Source: Vulcanimicrobiota bacterium
Lineage (GTDB): Bacteria > Vulcanimicrobiota > Vulcanimicrobiia > Vulcanimicrobiales > Vulcanimicrobiaceae
DNA length: 64,000 nucleotides
Direction of reading: 5' to 3'
Assembly (NCBI GenBank): GCA_963733295.1
Contig: CAVTCS010000003.1
Coordinates: forward strand, 192,001 to 256,000
Shown here: positions 59,650 through 64,000 of the stretch, in pieces
Layout: each line of letters opens with the position of its first letter
How positions within the stretch are numbered: the first letter of the stretch is position 1
Program-made: the position numbers and the translations under genes
Notes under the pieces: model-generated
Seen by the model: the letters and a program-made list of their open reading frames with translations, nothing else
The model's database searches: none
Told to the model about the DNA's origin: nothing

Positions 59650-60830
59650 GCCGCCGGATTCTGCTCGGCGTGACCGGCGGCATCGCGGCCTACAAGGCCG
59701 CGGCGCTCGTTTCGACGCTCGTGCAGCGCGGCGACGACGTCACCGTGATCTTGAGCGACGGCGCGCGCGAATTCGTCGGCGTCGCGACCTTCGCCGCCTT
59801 GACGCGCAAGCACGTGCATTCGTCGCTGTGGGACGAGCCCGAAAAGATTCCGCACATCTCGCTCGTGCGCGAAGCCGACGTGCTCGCCATCGTGCCCGCT
59901 ACCGCGAACATCATCGCGAAGCTGGCCCGCGGCATCGCGGACGACCTGCTCAGCGATGCCGCGCTCGCCGCACGCATCCCGATCCTCATCGCGCCCGCGA
60001 TGAACGATGCGATGTACGAGCATCCGGCGACTCGCGAGAACCTGGCCACGCTCGATGCGCGCGGCGTGACGATCGTCGAACCGGGCACCGGCTTTTTGGC
60101 CGAGCGGGAGTTCGGCGTCGGGCGCTTGGCCGATCAAGACGCGATCCTCTCCGCGCTCGACGGGCTTTTCGAGCGCGGCAAGGATTTGCAGGGCGAGCAC
60201 GTCTTGATTACCGCGGGTCCGACTCGCGAAGCGATCGATCCGGTGCGCTTCCTTTCGAACGCCGCCAGCGGATCGACGGGCATCGAGTTGGCGCGCGAGG
60301 CGATCGCCCGCGGCGCGGAAGTCGATCTGGTCTTGGGTCCGACTTGGCTCGAAGCGCCGCGCGACGCGCGCGTCACGCGCGTCGTCAGCGCCCAAGAAAT
60401 GTACGACGCGACTTTGGCGCACGCCGAGTCGGCCGACTTCGCGATCGCGAGCGCCGCGGTTTCGGATTGGCGTCCGGTGACGGTGTTCGGACAGAAGGCG
60501 AAAAAACACGACGGGCCGAGCAGTCTCGAACTCGAGCGCACGCCGGATATCCTGGCAGCGCTCGGCGAGCGCAAGCGCGGCAGTTTTCTGCTCGGCTTCG
60601 CCGCCGAAACCGAAAACCACGAGCAGAACGCGCGGGAGAAGTTGCGCGCCAAGCAGCTCGACGCGATCGTCGTGAACGACGTCTCCGGGGGCGCCGGTTT
60701 TGGCGAAGGCGACAACGAGCTGGTGCTGCTTTGGGGCGACGAGGAGCGCGCGCCGCTCGGCCGCGCCTCGAAGCGCCGGCTCGCTCGCCGCTTGTGGGAC
60801 GCCATGCTCCATCTGCGCTCGCGCAACTAG
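59646..60830 (+). CDS. coaBC: Bifunctional phosphopantothenoylcysteine decarboxylase / phosphopantothenate-cysteine ligase
   Basis: LGVTGGIAAYK, PATAN, APAMN, TAGPTRE.IDPVRF.SN, AAVSD, GFAAET, D.IV.N; own ATG at 59646 (ATGA overlap). Confidence 0.95.
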   Translation: MSRRILLGVTGGIAAYKAAALVSTLVQRGDDVTVILSDGAREFVGVATFAALTRKHVHSSLWDEPEKIPHISLVREADVLAIVPATANIIAKLARGIADDLLSDAALAARIPILIAPAMNDAMYEHPATRENLATLDARGVTIVEPGTGFLAEREFGVGRLADQDAILSALDGLFERGKDLQGEHVLITAGPTREAIDPVRFLSNAASGSTGIELAREAIARGAEVDLVLGPTWLEAPRDARVTRVVSAQEMYDATLAHAESADFAIASAAVSDWRPVTVFGQKAKKHDGPSSLELERTPDILAALGERKRGSFLLGFAAETENHEQNAREKLRAKQLDAIVVNDVSGGAGFGEGDNELVLLWGDEERAPLGRASKRRLARRLWDAMLHLRSRN

Positions 60831-60839
60831 TCCGCTAGC

Positions 60840-61628
60840 GTGCTGCTCGCGATCGACGTCGGCAACACCGAGACGAAGCTGGGGTTCTTCACGGCGGAAC
60901 AGAGCGGGTTACTCGCTCTGCACAAGACTTGGCGCGTGACGACGACGCGCGGACAGACGGCCGATGAATTCGGCGTGCTCTTTCGCGCGCTCTTTGCGGG
61001 CGCAGGTGTCGAGACGGGTGCGGTTCGGGCGATCGTCGTCTCGAGCGTCTTGCCGCAGAACGACCGTGCGCTGGCCGAAGCGTGCCGCGCGTACTTCGGC
61101 CCCGAGCCGCTTTTCTTCAGCGCGACGAACCAGCAACTGATGGACGTCACGACCGAGCGGCCGGGCGAGCTCGGCAGCGATTTGCTCGCCGCCGCGATCG
61201 CCGCCCGCGAGTTGTACGGGACGCCGCTCGTAACCGTCGGCTTCGGAACCGCTACGACGTTCGGAGCCGTTTCGCGCGAAGGCGAGTTCGTCGGCGCGGC
61301 GATCGCGCCGGGAATCAGAATTTCGATCGACGCGCTTGTCGCCCGGACGGCAAAATTGCCTCAGGTCGCGCTCGAAGCGCCGAACGGGCCGATCGGTCGC
61401 GATACCGTCGCGGCGCTGCAGGCCGGAATCGTGTTCGGTTTCGTGGGTCAGACTGAAGGCATGCTCGCGCGCATGCGCGGGGCGATCGGCGAAGACGCTC
61501 GGGCCGTCGCGACCGGCGGACTCGCCGAGATCGTCGCTCGCCACACGAGCGCGATCGACGCCGTCGAACCCCATCTCGTCTTGCTCGGTTTGCGGCGGTT
61601 TTATGAGTCGCAGCGGAACGTGGTATAA
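60840..61628 (+). CDS. coaX: Type III pantothenate kinase
   Basis: IDVGNT, SSV.P, LGSD, FGTATT, G.IAPG, TAKLP, ATGG. Confidence 0.95.
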   Translation: MLLAIDVGNTETKLGFFTAEQSGLLALHKTWRVTTTRGQTADEFGVLFRALFAGAGVETGAVRAIVVSSVLPQNDRALAEACRAYFGPEPLFFSATNQQLMDVTTERPGELGSDLLAAAIAARELYGTPLVTVGFGTATTFGAVSREGEFVGAAIAPGIRISIDALVARTAKLPQVALEAPNGPIGRDTVAALQAGIVFGFVGQTEGMLARMRGAIGEDARAVATGGLAEIVARHTSAIDAVEPHLVLLGLRRFYESQRNVV

Positions 61629-61629
61629 T
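61621..61629 (+). promoter_or_regulatory. Extended -10 promoter (TGgTATAAT) for a probably leaderless dusB mRNA
   Basis: TGGTATAAT ends 8 nt before the dusB ATG; no SD. Confidence 0.6.
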
Positions 61630-61637
61630 ACCGCGTC

Positions 61638-62651
61638 ATGTCGCTCGCTATCCCGCCACTCCGCATCGGAGCGCTCGAGATCTGGCCGCCCATCGTGCTC
61701 GCGCCGATGTCCGGGGTCACCAATCGTACCATGCGGGCGCTGTACAAACCCTTCGGCTTCGGGCTGACCGTCACCGAATTCGTCTCCTCGAACGCGCTCG
61801 AGCACGGAAACGCGCGCACGATGGAAATGATCGATCAGCACGGCGTCGAGCACCCCGTTTCGACGCAACTGTGGGGGAACGATCCGGCGGTGATGGCCTA
61901 CGCCGCCCGCGTCGTGCGCGAGTGCGGGGCCGACATCGTCGACATCAATTTCGGATGTCCCGCGCCCAAGGTCACCAAGACCGAAGGCGGCAGCGCGTGC
62001 TTGCGTGACGTCGAGCGCTGCGAGGCCATCATGCGCGCCGTCGTCGCGGCAGTCGATTGTCCGGTTACCGTCAAGATGCGCTTGGGGTGGACCGAGAACG
62101 AGCTGGTCTACCTCGAGGTTGCGCGGCGCGCGCAAGCCGTGGGGATACGGGCGCTGACGCTGCACGCGCGCACCGCCAAGCAGTTTTACAAGGGGAGCGC
62201 CGATTGGGAACACATCGCGGCGCTCAAAAGCGCCGTCGATATTCCCGTCGTCGGCAACGGCGATCTTAGCGATCCCGTCGATGCGCTCGCAAAGATGAAG
62301 CGGAGCGGGGTCGACGGGATCATGCTGGGTCGCGCGGTCTTGGGCAATCCGTGGCTCGTGAGTCGCCTTGCCGCTTTGCTCGACGGGCGCGAGCCCGAGG
62401 CCGAGCCGTCGCCGGCGGAGCGCTTGCGCTACGCGATGCATCACTATCGCGTGATGGTCGACGAATGGGGCGAAGCTCGCGCCGTTCCGCAGATGCGCAA
62501 GCACCTGGGGTACTATTTGCGAGGTTTCAGCGGAGCGGCCGAACTCCGCGAACGGGTGATGCGCACCCCGACCGCCGCCGAGACGCTGCGCGAAGTCGAA
62601 GCGACGATCGCGAAGCTCGAGACGCCGCAGCGAGCGCTCGCGTTCGCGTGA
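61638..62651 (+). CDS. dusB: tRNA-dihydrouridine synthase DusB
   Basis: LAPMSGVT, DINFGCP, VTVKMRLGW, LHART, GNGD, GR..LGNPW, RKH..YY. Confidence 0.93.
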   Translation: MSLAIPPLRIGALEIWPPIVLAPMSGVTNRTMRALYKPFGFGLTVTEFVSSNALEHGNARTMEMIDQHGVEHPVSTQLWGNDPAVMAYAARVVRECGADIVDINFGCPAPKVTKTEGGSACLRDVERCEAIMRAVVAAVDCPVTVKMRLGWTENELVYLEVARRAQAVGIRALTLHARTAKQFYKGSADWEHIAALKSAVDIPVVGNGDLSDPVDALAKMKRSGVDGIMLGRAVLGNPWLVSRLAALLDGREPEAEPSPAERLRYAMHHYRVMVDEWGEARAVPQMRKHLGYYLRGFSGAAELRERVMRTPTAAETLREVEATIAKLETPQRALAFA

Positions 62652-63907
62652 GCGTCGAAATAAACGCCGGCCTCCTTGCGGAGGCGTACGAGAATTATCG
62701 CGCCTATCTGAATCCGCCGCTCGCGCGGCTGATGAAACTCTCCGGCTCGCCGGTGGAAGTCCGCGCGCAAGGCTGCACGATCCTCGATCAGACCGGCAAG
62801 GAATACTTGGACTTCGCCGGCGGTTACGGCGTCTTCACGCTCGGACACCGCCACCCGCGCGTCCTCGCCGCGGTTCGCGAACAGCTCGAGAACCTCGCCT
62901 TATCCGGCCGCACGATGTTCAGCCCGCCCATGGGACGTCTGGCGAAACGGCTTGCCGAGATCACGCCGGGAGATCTGCGGATCTCGTTCTTCGCCAATAG
63001 CGGAAGCGAGGCGATCGAAGGTGCGCTCAAATTGGCGCGCGCCGCCACCAAACGCCGCAAGTTCGTCGCCACGCACGACGCCTATCACGGCAAGACCTTC
63101 GGCGCGCTTTCGGTGAGCGGAAGCGAACCGTATCGCGAACCCTTCGAGCCGCTGCTCGAAGTGGAGTTCGTGCCGTACGGCGACGTCGACGCCCTCGCGC
63201 CGGCGCTCGAAGACGCCGCGGCCTTCGTCGTCGAGCCGGTGCAAGGTGAGGGCGGCGTCAACGTTCCGCCGGCCGGTTATCTGTCGCGCGCGCGCGAGCT
63301 GTGCGACGCGGCCGGCGCACTCTTGATCGCCGACGAAGTCCAGACCGGTCTCGGCCGTTGCGGCATGGCCTTCGCCTGCGAACGCGACGGCGTCGTTCCC
63401 GACGTCATGGCGTTAGCGAAAGGACTCTCCGGCGGCGTCGTGCCGATCGGCGCGTACGTTGCGCGCCCTTCGGTCTGGGACGAAGCTTTCGGCAAGGCGC
63501 CCTTGCTGCACACCTCGACGTTCGGTGGTAACCCGCTTGCGTGCACGGCGGCGCTCGCCGCGCTCGACGTGCTCTTCGACGAAGGTCTGATCGAAAATGC
63601 GCGCGTGCGCGGGGAGCAGCTCTTGCACGGCGCCAGCCTGATCGCCGCCGAATACCCTGGAGTGATTCGCGAGGTGCGCGGGCTCGGACTGCTCGTCGGC
63701 GTCGAACTGACGAACGAAGGCTACGGCGGGGCACTCGTACCGGAACTGCTCAAGCGCGGTGTAACCTCCGCCTGGACGCTCAACCGGCAGCGCGTGATCA
63801 GGCTCGAACCGCCCCTCATCGTAACTGCCGAAGAAGTCTCGCGCGCGCTCGAAGCGCTGCGCGGCGCGGTGCACGCGGCAGCCGCGACCCTCGGATCGCT
63901 CGGCTAG
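62648..63907 (+). CDS. Class III PLP aminotransferase (putrescine/ornithine aminotransferase-like)
   Basis: YLDF.GG.GVF.LGH.HP, NSGSEA.E, YHGKT.G, EPVQGEGG, DEVQTGLGR.G, AKGLSGG, STFGGNP. Confidence 0.9.
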   Translation: MSVEINAGLLAEAYENYRAYLNPPLARLMKLSGSPVEVRAQGCTILDQTGKEYLDFAGGYGVFTLGHRHPRVLAAVREQLENLALSGRTMFSPPMGRLAKRLAEITPGDLRISFFANSGSEAIEGALKLARAATKRRKFVATHDAYHGKTFGALSVSGSEPYREPFEPLLEVEFVPYGDVDALAPALEDAAAFVVEPVQGEGGVNVPPAGYLSRARELCDAAGALLIADEVQTGLGRCGMAFACERDGVVPDVMALAKGLSGGVVPIGAYVARPSVWDEAFGKAPLLHTSTFGGNPLACTAALAALDVLFDEGLIENARVRGEQLLHGASLIAAEYPGVIREVRGLGLLVGVELTNEGYGGALVPELLKRGVTSAWTLNRQRVIRLEPPLIVTAEEVSRALEALRGAVHAAAATLGSLG

Positions 63908-64000
63908 ATGCCGTTCGTCGAGACGACCATCGTCATCGAGGCACCGGCTCGAGACGTTTACGAACTCGCGAAAAAGCAGGAACGCTTTCCCGAATTCATG
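63908..64000 (+). CDS. SRPBCC/START-family protein (5' fragment)
   Basis: MPFVETTIVIEAPARDVYELAKKQERFPEFM is a typical SRPBCC N-terminus; runs off the window. Confidence 0.7.
   Translation, partial: MPFVETTIVIEAPARDVYELAKKQERFPEFM

Overview
High-GC, gene-dense bacterial chromosomal window made up mostly of core genes. I see no rRNA, tRNA, CRISPR array, transposase or phage genes. Gene order is Bacillota-like (whiA-gap-pgk-tpiA-gpmI; mfd-prsA-mazG-S4/yabO; divergent lexA/yneA with Gram-positive SOS boxes; coaX-dusB), but outer-membrane proteins are also present (a TonB-dependent-receptor-like barrel and two LptD-like barrels). That mix suggests a diderm Terrabacteria lineage such as Eremiobacterota/Vulcanimicrobiota (inference, not proven). 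Contents: glycolysis operon, envelope glycosylation genes, nucleoside salvage (pdp, deoB), an ECF sigma/anti-sigma cassette, lysine 5,6-aminomutase (kamDE) and kal, gmd-rmd coupled to larC-larE (larB lies elsewhere, no larA in the window), thiolase-hbd-ACAD-sucCD, a TBDR-like/lipoprotein pair, the SOS locus and a CoA biosynthesis operon. Most notable observations: (1) a tandemly duplicated two-gene module of an LptD-like barrel plus a secreted CBM20-like protein; (2) several genes whose best-supported starts are non-canonical (ATA/ATT/ATC/CTG); (3) a recurring sigmaH-like AGG-N18-GWA motif sitting exactly 10 nt before start codons (candidate leaderless mRNAs); (4) a Y-shaped ~165-nt intergenic structure; (5) a highly structured leader upstream of the TBDR-like gene; (6) nickel-pincer cofactor genes with no LarA client in the window; (7) a frameshift that fuses panC to coaBC. 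All calls come from reading motifs by eye; no database search was run.
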